The notes under the pieces were generated by a model that was not told where the DNA came from, did no database searches, and worked only from the letters and a program-made list of their open reading frames with translations. A program made the translations under genes and the position numbers. Shown here piece by piece: positions 1 through 13,000 of a stretch of 64,000 nucleotides of DNA. The stretch is taken from positions 4,526,001 to 4,590,000 of the forward strand of contig JBNJNM010000011.1 in the NCBI GenBank assembly GCA_052426225.1, given 5' to 3'. The DNA is from Zancudomyces culisetae HAW-14-8 (lineage: Eukaryota > Fungi > Kickxellomycota). How positions within the stretch are numbered: the first letter of the stretch is position 1; the number at the start of each line of letters is the position of its first letter.

Positions 1-82
1 AACGAATAAATAAGGGGAATGTGATGTATTATATGAAAATAAAAAGCAATAAAGATAAAATCAAAAAGAGGAAATAGCTGTG

Positions 83-1636
83 TTAGTCTAAAAGAAGTTT
101 AAGCTCACGAAGTGCATTCAGTAATTCATGATCCACGTCAGCTGCAGGGGAAGCGGTAGAGCTTGTGTGGGTATTTGTGGTGAGTAGAGATGATTTAGAA
201 CGCGACAAAACATCCATACGGGATCTACTTCTTGCCAAGTTAAGCAACCCACCTGTTGGGGTACCTAGATTTGCTGAAGTGACTGGGGCGGGGGTGTTGA
301 ATAGACGTGACTGTGACCGCTCGGGGTGAATTCTGGACAGGGGGCGCCCAGGCAGAAACAGGGTTTGGTTTTCATTAGTATTACAGATGTTGTTTGTTGA
401 GTTGAGCTTTTCTTGAAGCATCTCGATCATTCGATCCACCAATTTGCGCGAGTTTTCTAGCTTAAAGCCGGTTAAATAGTCCGATGGAGAAGTAATTGTA
501 TCACCACTATTATTGTTTGCGGAGAAAGACTCGGTAGGATCATCGGGGATTGGCGCAAGCTTTGGGGTGATGACAGTAGGGCTTTGTGGACGCTTCGAGT
601 CCGTCATCATATACGTGGGCAGTAGTAACATTGGGGCTTTGCTGTTTACAGCCGATGTCTTATTACTATATGTGATCGGGGTGGCAAGGTTGGTTGTTGT
701 AGGTGTATCTTGTCCATGCAACGAATTACCAGGGTTCCTAGATGTAAAAATGTTGGCTGAACCAATATTGTGCACTGCTGCCACAGAGTAAGGTCTACCT
801 AACGAACCGCTGTTGCCTAATTTTCTTGTTGACGATGAAAAGCTAACATTCGCATTCAACATTTCATTTTTACCGCTTCCCATAGTTGAGGACGCCCGTA
901 GCTTGTTAAGCGATCCGCCTATTCTTGCATCGGGCTGAGTAGCAAGTTTGTCTGCGTTGGAATTGTCCCCGCTGAGATTACCTTTTCTAATACTCGGCAT
1001 ATTCTTTCCCGAATCACCAACATGAGTCAGTGTTGTATTCTTTGTACCAACACTTTTTACTGGCGATTCCTGACTCGTTCGAGAATCCAAAAAATGGACT
1101 GACCCTCTTTTTTGTAATGTCTGTGAAATCTTCAACCCACCGCCAGTATTATTTGCTGCTCTACCGAGAGACGTACCAGGTCGGTTTGCCATAGGCCCTA
1201 CACTTACTTCACGTGCCATTGAGGTTCCCGGCCTAGGTGGGAGTACGGCCGCCCTTCTGTTAAGTGGACCTGCTCTACTGAAATTTCCTCCAACCAAACC
1301 ATCCATCGATGTTTTTGGTCGTCCTACTGCTATATTCGTGTGGGGAGTAGGCTTTATTCCGACCTTTCCTAGCCCCCCATCCGCTATATTTCCCCTTAGT
1401 ACTGTTCTACTTTGCGGTCGCAGCACAGTAGCCTTGTTGATGGGCGGTGCCTTGTTCAGTGCCGTATTGACTCTTGGTTTCATTGTAGGCTTGTTGTTTG
1501 GACTATCTGTTTTAGTCCCGACCGCTGTACTGTTTGGTCTCACATACCCTCTTTGTATTTTTGCCTCTATTGCGCCATTTGTCCTTGACATCGGTTTATT
1601 TATTCCTATTTTTCCAGTATTTCCATTCGTTGTCAT
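83..1636 (-). CDS. Uncharacterised 517-aa basic, S/T/N/G/R-rich, largely disordered protein with repeated RPx[ST] motifs
   Basis: Long single ORF with ATG preceded by an A-run. Motifs RPNST, RPQSR, RPKTS, RPGTS (x2), RPYSV, RPQSP, RPLSR. Short helical C-terminus (ELLNALRELKLLLD). No family recognised. Confidence 0.75.
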   Translation of the reverse strand: MTTNGNTGKIGINKPMSRTNGAIEAKIQRGYVRPNSTAVGTKTDSPNNKPTMKPRVNTALNKAPPINKATVLRPQSRTVLRGNIADGGLGKVGIKPTPHTNIAVGRPKTSMDGLVGGNFSRAGPLNRRAAVLPPRPGTSMAREVSVGPMANRPGTSLGRAANNTGGGLKISQTLQKRGSVHFLDSRTSQESPVKSVGTKNTTLTHVGDSGKNMPSIRKGNLSGDNSNADKLATQPDARIGGSLNKLRASSTMGSGKNEMLNANVSFSSSTRKLGNSGSLGRPYSVAAVHNIGSANIFTSRNPGNSLHGQDTPTTTNLATPITYSNKTSAVNSKAPMLLLPTYMMTDSKRPQSPTVITPKLAPIPDDPTESFSANNNSGDTITSPSDYLTGFKLENSRKLVDRMIEMLQEKLNSTNNICNTNENQTLFLPGRPLSRIHPERSQSRLFNTPAPVTSANLGTPTGGLLNLARSRSRMDVLSRSKSSLLTTNTHTSSTASPAADVDHELLNALRELKLLLD

Positions 1637-4251
1637 TTTTTCCTTTTTTCTTAGGAGCTAACTTTTGTGAATATCTATTCGCGTGGACACCCCACTTCTG
1701 TTTCTTCTTTTCCTTTGTTAAAATCTAGCCTTTGAACATACAACCAATTGCTAGATTCATTTAATATGGTATACGTCCTATCTCACCAAAAAAAAGTAGA
1801 CCTGAGATGCTATACTTGTGTGGAGTTACTTTTGGTACAGATTACCTTTTGCAATTCACTAGGCTATGATCGAGTTTTTTTATTCCCCCACGATGTGCTG
1901 TTAAATCCCCAAACTATGCTATTTGATTTTACGTTGGGATAGAGCTGTATTTTTGTATATCAAGTTTATTTTAGTTTCGTTCCTAATCCTATTTTCTTTT
2001 CAGTAGTGTATTTCTCTATCACTTCGTAGCAGCTGGATCAATGGGAAAATTCACAAATATTTTTTGCTCTAAAAAATATATATTCTTGGTGCAAGCTGTT
2101 AGTCTTTTTATTTTTTTCCGTTTGCTCATGCTTTGCACCTAAAAAAAATGAAAACATATTATTGCTACTTGGTCCATAAAACAATTGGAAAAAACATAAA
2201 CCTGCATAGTTTATTTATTATGGTTCCTGTTTTATTTCTCGTGAATATTCTGATTTATGATTAATAGAACAGTTCCGCATAGTTTGGAGGAAAATTTTTT
2301 TCTGGAATGGGATAAATGCGAGGTGGATTTGAAGTTTGGCTCAACTTTTTAATTTTGATTTGCGAAAATGTTCCAAGTTATTGGAGGTGTATGCACCATT
2401 GGTTATTTTTTCGACCGAGTTTTTTTATTTTACCTACTCTGTCACGAAAACTATTTAGTATAACGCACATAACACTATTCTCGAAATAGACTGGTTACTA
2501 ATAGTTTAACCGCCAAGGCTTAGATGTACTATTACAACAATCGGCTCAAAGGCTACTAGCAATGTTGCTGATTATCAGTACGTTATGAATAATAATATAA
2601 ATAATATTTTCTCATTCAAGGCAGAAGGGTGTTTTTTTATAGTTGCTTTATCAGCAAATACACTGGCGCAAACTACCATTAATTTGAATTTTTAAAACTT
2701 AACTGGATACCATTTAATTATTTACTGTTAAAAGGAAGATGTAAGCACAAACATCTCACAGATAATAGAATACATCGTAATGATTCGCATAATTTAAAGT
2801 CTAGAGAGAGGATAAGTTTTCATGTACACGTACTATTCTATATCAAGTAGTTTTTTTTTGTGAGGATGGTGGTTCGTATTATTTTGTTTAGCATACATTT
2901 GACTCCACTTACATCTCATCCTAAAAAGATAACAAATAACAAAGTGTCTGGCGAAATAACGGATGAAATGCAAAAAGTTGGCAAAGCAAATTTCCGATAA
3001 AAAAACAGTAATTTTTTTAGGATAGGGGGGGGGGAAGAATAAACCATGACCTCGGTAAATAGTTTCTCTCCAATTATAGCTGTTTAGGTTTGCGCTTTTG
3101 GCTAAAGGTTGAGGCAAAAAAAGTAGTATACACTAAATATCTTATATCTTTAATACACTTTCTTTACACAGTTCCAACTATTTTGTGAGCACGTTATACA
3201 ATAAAAAAAAGAAAAACTCAATTTATTATTTTTTAATAGAGCGTGAAATAAGAAAGCTACAGATGTGATAATATTCATTAAAGGTAATATTCTCAAGCCT
3301 GATTACATTTTCAAAAACTTTAACAAATAATAAAATAATAGCAAAACATATGAGTATCGGTTATATTTCACAATTAAAGAGTTTGGTAACACTTTCACAA
3401 CAATAAATATCACTTTCATGGAATTTACCCGAAATATTCTCGCGATTAGAAGTTCCAAGCCAAAACTTTACCAAGTATTTGGATATGTACACATGATTGA
3501 ACAGGTCGGCGTTGGCAAAAAGAAATATAATTTGTTAAGCGTATAAAAGAAAGAAGCATATGGATGCCTCTGTTTGTATTTCATATATATCCAATATTCG
3601 CAAGCTAGAATAAAATTTAAAGCCATACTTTTTCAAATACACTCTACAAAGGACAACTAGTGGTTATTCTCATCTATTACTTTTCTTCCAAAGCGATGAG
3701 GTTTCAGTTGGATGAATTTACAAAAACATATTAAAAAGTGCGTGATTTAATATAAGACCCTTGGCGTCACTATTTTAGGGAAAATACCAAGGATAGATAA
3801 AAGCCCAAATATTTCACCACTCTCCCATATGTCATCATTTTATATAGCTGATATGGTACCAGCTAACCGGCTACAGAATTTAATAAGTAGTATTCTGCGT
3901 TATGTTGCTTTATTAAAGTAATACCGAAACAATACTCTACATTGAGTAAGATGAGTGTTTTGCATTTGCATTTAATGAAAATGAATTATATACCACAATA
4001 GTTACACGTATACAAATGGAGGGGGGTATGAGTTATGAGCTGTCTCTGATATAGAAGCAATAAAATATATACACGTTCCCCTAAAGTACTCATTTTGATT
4101 ATAAAAGGACGACATACACCCTTGACTCAATTCACTAAAAAATAAAAAGTATTGCGCAATTAGTGTTTGTATAACCGATACACAAATATTTTAACTTTTG
4201 CTAAAGATACTGAATAAAGTTAGGTATTGGAATCTGTATACTCAGATAAAA

Positions 4252-4691
4252 ATGAAGTCACGTTCTGTTTTATTACTATTTATGGAATTATTATTGTTCA
4301 TTGTGAACGTAGCCGCACAGTATGGTAATTTTTGCATATTTAATGATTGTAAAATGTTTCCTCAACAACAACCAGTAGTGATCATATATAAGAAAATATT
4401 TTAGAGATGAAAAAAAAATCATATTGTAATATATACTTACTTAAATTAATGAAAAATATAGCAAACAAGTTAAGAATTGGGGATAAATGTACAGGATCAA
4501 AATCGTATTGCTTAGCCGGAGGGGATAAAAAGACATTGGTGCTCTGCAGTAATAATAAGTATATCAAAATACAATGTCTGGATGGTCAGCACTGTAAACA
4601 TTCAAGAACTGGTAACGACTATTGTGGATATAAATACGAAAAAATTTCATATCCAACATACTATAAAAGTCCAGGTGTAATCGAAACTTAG
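4252..4691 (+). CDS. Small secreted Cys-rich protein with a CBM19-like (chitin-binding) module; exons 4252-4324 and 4405-4691
   Basis: Signal-peptide exon MKSRSVLLLFMELLLFIVNVAAQY. Intron 4325-4404 (GTAATT...TTTAG) joins in frame (G+AG = Glu) to ORF 4407-4691. Cys spacing C-x6-C-x11-C-x9-C-x2-G-x2-C-x9-C resembles fungal CBM19. Confidence 0.7.
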
Positions 4692-4848
4692 TATCGGCGT
4701 TATATAGGAATAGACCTAGGTTGATTTTTTTAAAAGTATTTTTCACCTTAAGAGGTGAGAAACATGTGATAAATAAAATGAAAGTAAAAGCATGATCTGC
4801 GTCACTTGCAACTAAAACCAATTTTTTAAAAAAAAATTAAAAAAATAT

Positions 4849-4921
4849 TGCCTTCTGTCGGAATCGAACCGACGACCTTCTGCTTACTAGGCAGACGCTC
4901 TGCCAACTGAGCCAAGAAGGC
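4849..4921 (-). tRNA. tRNA-Thr (anticodon AGT), intronless
   Basis: Minus strand reads GCCTTCTTGGCTCAGTTGGCAGAGCGTCTGCCT-AGT-AAGCAGAAGGTCGTCGGTTCGATTCCGACAGAAGGCA. Acceptor stem GCCTTCT/AGAAGGC, anticodon stem TCTGC/GCAGA, T-loop TTCGATT, and a T-run Pol III terminator downstream. Confidence 0.97.
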
Positions 4922-5596
4922 AATTTTTTTGTTTCTATGTTTTTACAAATTTAATATTATACTATTTATATTTAATATTTTAGTGATTTATCTTAGATTT
5001 TAAACAACCTACTCATTTGCATTGTCGATTGTTTGACTCTATTGTTTAAATTATTATGGGTATCTAGTTTTACTTTAATAGTTTTAGTTTTAAAGCAAAA
5101 AAGAAAATGGTGTATAAAATCATCATATTCCAAAATAAGAAAAAGTCGGACTTTTCCGACCTTCAAGCCCACAATAAGTAATTGTGAACTAATTACTACA
5201 AAAAATAACCAAGTTTTTATAAGTTGGTTTTTAATTATTAAAATTATTAAAATTATTAAAATTAATGTACCATATTTGTTTAAACCAGATTTGTTGTATT
5301 TTTTATAGTTTTATAGTTATATTCAACATACTTTTACAATCTAATCTTGCACACTGTCAGCATAACATCTTATATTTTTATTCTTGCTTTTCTATTACTA
5401 TAATTTCAAAAGTTATACAAATTTGTAGGTAACTATCAATTATTTAATGCAGCTTTTCAATTGCCTTTTCTTTTTAACACTATATTCTCTTTATTTACTG
5501 TTTAGGGAATGAATTTAAAACATACTTTTAACGAATAATATTTCATTAACTATGTGTAACACCAAAACTTTAAATTTGCTAACTGAACAGCAAGCA

Positions 5597-6569
5597 CTAA
5601 TTGTTTAGCAATACTAGTGAGAGAGCAAATACTACTGCCATTAGGCAAAAATCAACAAAGTTTGAGCGAGCAGAGTTAAACAAATAGTCTCTGTTTATGT
5701 ATCCATTTCCTGATCTTGCAGCGTCATTGTCATCATCTGGCTTTATTTCTGCAGTTCTTCCAGCATATGGATCATTTGGTGCAGTGCAGTTACGACTCGC
5801 TGCACATGCTGTAGCACATGCCGAATCTCTGGTTGAGCATTTCTTTTGGCAATCACTAACTTCCATGGTGCACTTGTAGTATTCAACAGGGAATGTGAAA
5901 ACTAAATATATATTGTAAGGCTTAAGTATAATTATGTGTATATAATGAGGGAAATGCTAGCTTTTAACTATTTTTCTTGACCACAATTAAAGTATTACTG
6001 ACTCCACAGGCAAGTGGGTTTATATCTTACCTGAAGCATCTGGTGCTGTACCATTTCCACAAATACAACTCCATTCAAGCGTGCTGTATTTACAATCCTT
6101 TTTGGCTGGTGCCCCCGCGGTAATGTTCAGACAAACATTTGTACAAAAGTTTGTGTTGTCATTACACCATGTCTTTTTTATCGAGTCATTTACCTTTTCC
6201 TTTTCTATGTCGGATTATTTGTTTATGTATTTATTTTAGCCAATTCTTTTTTTTTTAAAAAAAAAAGTATAGCGGAAGTATTCAATATTTTTGAATCTAG
6301 TTTGCTTTACATTCCAGCCAAATAACCCATATGAGCATCTTACCTTTGTTTTTCTTTTTTTCATCCTTTTCGGTCTTTGTTTCTTTTTTTGTTGCAGTCT
6401 TAGTATCTGAAGAATCCTTGGTGTTGGAATCGTCTTTATTGTCGCTGTTTTTGCTGTCACTTGGTTTATCTGCGCTATCAACCGAATTAGTGCCTTCGGC
6501 TTCTACAAATGTAAAAGTTGCTATTAAAAACACTAGCATTAAAAAACAAACCAACTTTTTCGAAATCAT
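5597..6569 (-). CDS. Secreted, probably GPI-anchored Cys-rich cell-surface protein; exons 6569-6344, 6204-6031, 5901-5597
   Basis: Signal peptide, then a D/S/K/T-rich linker. Introns GTAAGA...CATAG and GTAAGA...TTTAG join in frame to WCNDNTNFCTNVC...C...TLEWSCICGNGTAP...FTFPVEYYKC...C...C...C...C...C. This resembles a widespread fungal extracellular Cys domain (DUF7707-like, from memory). Hydrophobic C-terminal tail after NSA. Confidence 0.8.
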
Positions 6570-8901
6570 TTTTTAGTTTAATAGTGTATCAATCAATAGA
6601 ATGTGTATTTAAAAAGTATATAATAACAGGTGGAAACGCTTAATGGGTAGATCTTAGTATTTGAAAATACAAACTCTTAGTATCAAGGAATACTCAAACG
6701 TACTTATATAAGATTTTCCTTGTAAAACCCAAATTAGGCTTTACTTAAAACGTTTTCATACGGAGTATTTGATCACTTTTATGGTTAAATCTAACATCAA
6801 CTACCAAACAAAATGCTATCTTCATTCGGTTGTTAGTTTTGGTTTACAACATGAATGCATTATAATCTTACATTCATTTCTGGTCTATCCAAGACCTCTC
6901 TTGCTTTGCTGCTATCAGGTTTTATATTTGCTGACTAACAATACCTCTCCATTGTTTTAAATCACTAACTGCGTGCAAAGATATGTTTGATTGTTTTCAT
7001 ATTCCTTTATCAAAAAAGTTTGTAACGGCTTTGTACATTTGTGAGGGGGAGGAGAAGCGGAGAAAAATTAAAGGGAACATCTCTTCTTACCAATATAGTC
7101 TCCAACCTATATATCTATGTTGTGGATGTTATTGTCGAAATGCTGCGAATATATGAATTGCAACTCGGAGAATGTACCAACAAAAACTAATTGATATTTT
7201 CCGAATTTTTTTTAATATAGTATGTCAGTTATATTTTCTACACGTTTTTTGTAAGTATTAATCGTAAAAGCCCCGCTTTTTCTTAATAGAAATCTCAAAA
7301 ACCCGGTTTCATAATGTTTATGTTAAACTCATTGTAGTGAAGTGATTAATTCTTTGCGAATTCGTAAAATCCACTCCTTCCTTCCCTTAAAAAGCACGCG
7401 GGGGTGCATTGCACAACAATGGTGTTTGTTTTTAGTTCATCAACAAACAAGCAAGCTCAATAGTATAAAAATAACATACTTTTTTTATTTGGTTCAAAAT
7501 ATACATTTGCTTGCTTCCATAGTATTGTTAGCTAAAAGAAGGATATGTAAAATTTCATAAATAAACAAATGCATCATGAAAATAATTCGAAGGCCCTTCA
7601 CACCAATTATTTTTTTAAATAAAAAAAAACAAAAGCTACAAACACAGAGTCTAGTCATATTGTAGCTATGCTGTATATATCAAGCTTACAAAGCTTTTGC
7701 AGTTTCTATGTGATATTCGAATTAATGTACTGGCACCAAGCCAATGAAAGCGTTTATTCAAAACACAGTTATTGCCTAAGGAAATATATTTCTTTCCTAA
7801 TACCACCTGTTAAAGATTATTCCACATATTGCAAGGTAATTCAGAGTGGTGATTGTTAGTTTTAAATTGTAAAAATTTACTCTAAACACAACAGATGTAA
7901 GCTTTTAACTTCAACACGGATATAGAAAGGAGGATTTTGGCATGCAAATATTGGTAGACCAGGGGCGGGAGAAGAGCGAAAAAAAGGAGAAGAGGGAGGG
8001 GGGGGGGTTAGTAAAAATGAGAGAAGGTTGTTTGGTGCATTATTCCTGGAAACATTCTGCCATTTATTTATGCTCTGTATTTTACATAGTTATGGAATCC
8101 ATCTTCAGGAATAAAATTTCCTTGTAAAGTTTTATTTTTTATATATTTGAAAGATGGTAGGTGGAGATAATTTTGCGAGAGTGTCGGGTGGAGGGGATTT
8201 ACCACATCGACTTCAATGTATTTGAAAATATACATCCTTCGGAGTTGAAGAGGGCGAAATATAGGTAAAATGGGCTTTATAAAAAAAAAGAATTTTCGTC
8301 ATGCAACATAATCTCTTCACCAAGATTAGCATTCAGCTATTATAAAAAGGTCATGGTGAATACATATACTTTTATTAGGGTTTGTTAGTACTCGTATTTT
8401 TGATAATTTGAGTAGGTTATTTTGATTTCAGCTTATAACTACAGTTGGTTAGACATATGAAGAAAAGAAACAGATAAACACCAAAATACAAATAATGTTA
8501 AAGGGAGCCCAATACGCATATACTCAGTGGGTTTTGGCTGTTTTTTTAATTTTAGAATTAACTGGGGCTAAGTGTACTCAATGGGATTTGAAATTTCGCT
8601 CATGTTTATTTTTGCCCAAATTAATAGCTGATGCAAACAATTGTAAAAAGTCAACAACAATGACAAAATGCATTGTCTAAAAAAATTTGTATCGAGTTAT
8701 TTGTAGAACGTTTAATTCTTTATGGCATGCACTTGGCTTTGAACAATTAAATTACCATTATTAGTTGATGATATTATTTTTGTTATGAATATGACTATGA
8801 TTATTCTTATGCTTATTATCACACTCAAGATTTTCAAGAGCAATTAGCCAAATAATAGTTACTCTTGAATGTGGTTAATCTTGGAGAGGCTAGTACATTT
8901 G

Positions 8902-8930
8902 CACTATTCTGCACTATTCTGCACTATTCT
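8902..8930. repeat. 10-bp tandem repeat CACTATTCTG x3
   Basis: Read directly, in the long region upstream of the chitin synthase. Confidence 0.8.
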
Positions 8931-10048
8931 GTTCATTATCCTATTTTTTAGTTAGCCTACCATAGGCTTCAATATGTTTATGTTTGCAAGAAATGTAAAA
9001 ATTTGGAGTAACACGAAAGGGGAAAATAATTGAGGATTTTTCCCGTTCAAGTTGACGAATAAATGAAATCCGCGCTATGCCCGCTTAAGCAATACTCACT
9101 CCCCGACAATTCTTTCATTTGTTATAATTGCCATTTCTGCTATAACAATTACCATTTACAATCAAAAACCACAAGAACTAAGCATATAATTTAAACATTC
9201 TAAATAGCAAGTAAGTAGCAAGCTTCTGAATGTCATAATCAGAACCAGCAATGCCAAAGTTTAACCGTATTTTTGCTCTTTTCTAAAATAAATATGATCG
9301 TTGCATATTGAGGGAAGAAAACTTTGTTTATCCGAAAGTCGCTTTATTAAACTAATATATAGTTAATGAATAGTTAATATTTGCTTGACTTCACATACGC
9401 ATAATAATATATTACCTTTTTTTTTGCACTTGAGGGAACGGAACACTTTAAAACTCTGGAGTTGTAGAGAATAAGGTAGGTATAGAATACAGTTTAATAC
9501 AAAGGCATCTTTGTACAACATAACACTCAGGACTGGAGAAAGATATTTTAAAAAAATCTTTAACAGCAGCACACCCTAAAGAAGTTTAAAACGGTGTATT
9601 AATAAGAATTGAGAAGTATTAGGGAATATTAAGTTTTGTATAAAAGTAATTAATATCACAGTATTCGCTATACTATGTTCAATATTGAGTATTAAAGCAA
9701 AAATAAGTTATTGAGAAGATGTGAAGTATTAATAGGGCAACATACGCCCTATTAAAAACGTTAATAAAAAGCGAAACTTTTATTGAACACAAAATAAGTG
9801 TGGTTGTGAAATAAGTAGGGTTAGATTTATTTTATGCTGGGATTGATATGTAAAGAAAAAAATATAAGGCACTAGAACTGCTACTAGTTACTCAAAAGAC
9901 TAGAAATTGTGACAAAACCTGTATCTACAGAGCATTAATGTAAATATAGGTCTCAAAAGCTTAGCATTGTAAACACGCGAGTATAACACAAGTATCCATT
10001 CGAGACAAGAAAAGTAAATGCTGTTACAAACAAAAACAACAAAGAGAG

Positions 10049-13000
10049 ATGAGTACAGATAACGGATTTACGAGTTACGGTAAGCAGAAGCTGGATACGA
10101 TTAGGGGTTGTCGTTTGTTTGCGCCCGCTTGATAAGTTGTATTGAAAAAAGCCCTTTTAATAAATACAAAAAATTCTATTAGGTCGTGAGTATGAGGAGG
10201 AATACGAGAAACTTCAACAAAGCAGAAAAGGTAAAAATATAACCAAGTATAATAAACTAAAAAGAAAAAAAACGCTAGACCTTTCGGTCTAATTGCATAT
10301 GTGAATGAAACGCCCCGTATAGTGCGTTTTCTATAGCCAAGAGTTATATGAACGACAAATGCTAATATATCCAAACTTTTTTGTAACCCAAAACAAAATA
10401 AACAGTAAAAATAGAGCAAAACGACTTGTCAGAACAAAAAAAGGCACATGTTCGTGAGGCGAAGCAAAGGCAAAGGATAGGTGGGCGACGTAAAGAGGAT
10501 TTTTATAATGGAGCACAAGCGCTGAATAGCGGGAATATAGAGGAAAATATATTTTTAGAATTTAACAAAGGCAGAAGAAGTAGCAAGCGAAGATTAGATA
10601 GCAAGAAAAGTGGAAAGGATGGAGCGGAAAAAAAGAGTATTAGTAAATGGATGATTTTCTGCCAAGTACTAACGTTTTGGGCACCAAACAGGCTGTTAAA
10701 GTCACTAGGATTTCATAGTACTGATAGTATAAACGCCTGGCGGGAAAAAATAGGCCTAGTATTTATAATATTACTATTGTGCTCAGTAGTGGCATTCTTA
10801 ACATTTGGGCTTCAAAGTGTATTATGTAAAGAAGAAAATCGGATAAAATACAACGAAATACGAGAGAGTGAGGTGATTATAAATGGATATGCATTTGATT
10901 TGGCAAGTTTTGGGCATCCAGCATCTAAATCAACAGGACCAGATATGGCAAGTTTACTTGGAGCACCGGTATCTGGAGGAATGACAGACATGTCACTGCT
11001 TTTTCAAAATACAAACGATCCGCAATGTCAAAAAGTATTTGATTACAGTCCTGGGTTTGCGGATGCTGACGGAAATGTGGTAAGCGTAATGCCATGTAAG
11101 ATTGTAAAGATAAATGAACAAGATCCTCCAAAACAAGTAGCAAAGAAAGCAGAAGATGCTGAAACACTTGCAGCATGCCACAACACTGTACTTTCCCGGA
11201 AGGTACTGAAAATCTTAAAAAAACGACCAGTGTACTATTCATGGCAGGATGTTGAAAGTGTTCCTGGGAGAGTGGTATTCAACGGTGCGGTGTTAGATTT
11301 AAATAGATTCAATTGGCTCAGACCAGAGGTGCAACTTACCAACGTTACTGAAGATCTGGGTGCAAATAAGGATATTTCTTTACACTTGCTATCAACAAAT
11401 AGAAGAAATGTCGGCTTGTGTCTACAAAGGCTATTTACAATAGGATATGTGGATACGTTATCAATCGGATGCATTACCTCCAATACGTTGCTATATATGT
11501 CGCTGCTTGTAATTCTTGGAGCAGTTTTTGCAAAATTTTTCATGTCGGTGTACTTCGGATGGTTTTTAGGAAGAAAATTGGGAAATTTTGGAAATAATAT
11601 TACTAAAGAGCAATTAAAGGAAAGGCAGAGAGAGATTGAAACATGGGCTGACATAAACAACCACTATGGGGGAAATGGGTTTGGCACTCAGGCTGGACAA
11701 AGGTTTCCAACACCATTGGGTACTACTACATCTGAGCGCACAAATGTAGAATTCAGTGGAAATCTACAGGACAGAAATTCTAGAAATTACTATCAAAACA
11801 GTGAGAATGGGTCTGCAATTATTGCAAAAAAATCAGGCTATATACTAAAAGATCAGCCCTCAGCTCCGGATGGCCTTTCTACTGGTGAATACAAAAATAA
11901 AGTGGAAGACCTTCATAGAAACACAGTATATGACCACCGATATTCTGAGAAAGAAAGAGCAAACGTAGAATTAGAATTTAATTTCGAGCTGATGAACGTG
12001 TTTTTACTTGTAACATGCTACTCAGAGGGCGCACATGGAATAAGAACAACGCTGGATTCATTGGTAGCGACATCATATCCAGCAACACACAAATGTCTCA
12101 TTGTTATATGCGATGGAATTATCAAGGGCTCTGGTGAAACCAATACAACGCCAGATATATGTGTTTCTATGATGACTGATTTTTTAGTAAGCCCACATAA
12201 TGTTACTGAAAGTACATATGTAGCAATAGCTGAAGGATCAAAGAGACACAACATGGCAAAACTGTATGCAGGATATTATTTACCAAGTAAGGATTCCCCA
12301 GAGGCTGCAAAGAAAACTCGATGCCCAATGATTGTAGTTGTAAAGTGTGGAACCCCTGAAGAAGAGGGTAGCAAAAAGCCAGGAAATAGAGGAAAGAGAG
12401 ACAGTCAAGTGATACTAATGAGCTTTTTGCAAAGAGTCATATTTGACGAACGGATGACAATGTTAGAGTACCAGCTATTTAACGCAGTGTGGAGTCTAAC
12501 AGGTATAACAGCTGACAATTTTGAAGTGGTATTGATGGTTGATGCCGATACAAAAGTGTACCCAGATTCATTGGCACATATGGTGGCAGCCATGAGAAAA
12601 GATCCTATGGTTATGGGCCTGTGTGGCGAGACAAAAATAGCAAACAAAAGCGATTCTCTAACATCCATGATCCAGGTCTTTGAATATTATATTTCGCATC
12701 ATCAATCCAAGGCATTTGAATCGGTGTTTGGCGGTGTTACATGTCTACCTGGGTGCTTTTGCATGTACAGAATAAAATCGATGAAGGGAAAAAATGGATT
12801 CTGGGTTCCCATCTTGGCCAATCCAGATATTGTAGAAAACTATTCAGAAAATGTGGTAGATACACTGCACAAGAAAAACTTGTTACTACTGGGTGAGGAC
12901 AGATACCTGACTACATTAATGCTGAAGACATTTCCCAAAAGAAAAATGATGTTTGTCCCAGCAGCAGTATGCAAAACCATAGTTCCAGATGAATTTAAAG

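Noticed and set aside
8180-8252. Cluster of short potential hairpins (GTCG..CGAC; CTTCAA..TTGAAG)
   Set aside because: Short stems with no family motif or terminator; insufficient support.
8495-8680. 61-aa ORF with A-rich start context and an upstream TATA-like box
   Set aside because: No recognisable motif; length is within chance expectation.
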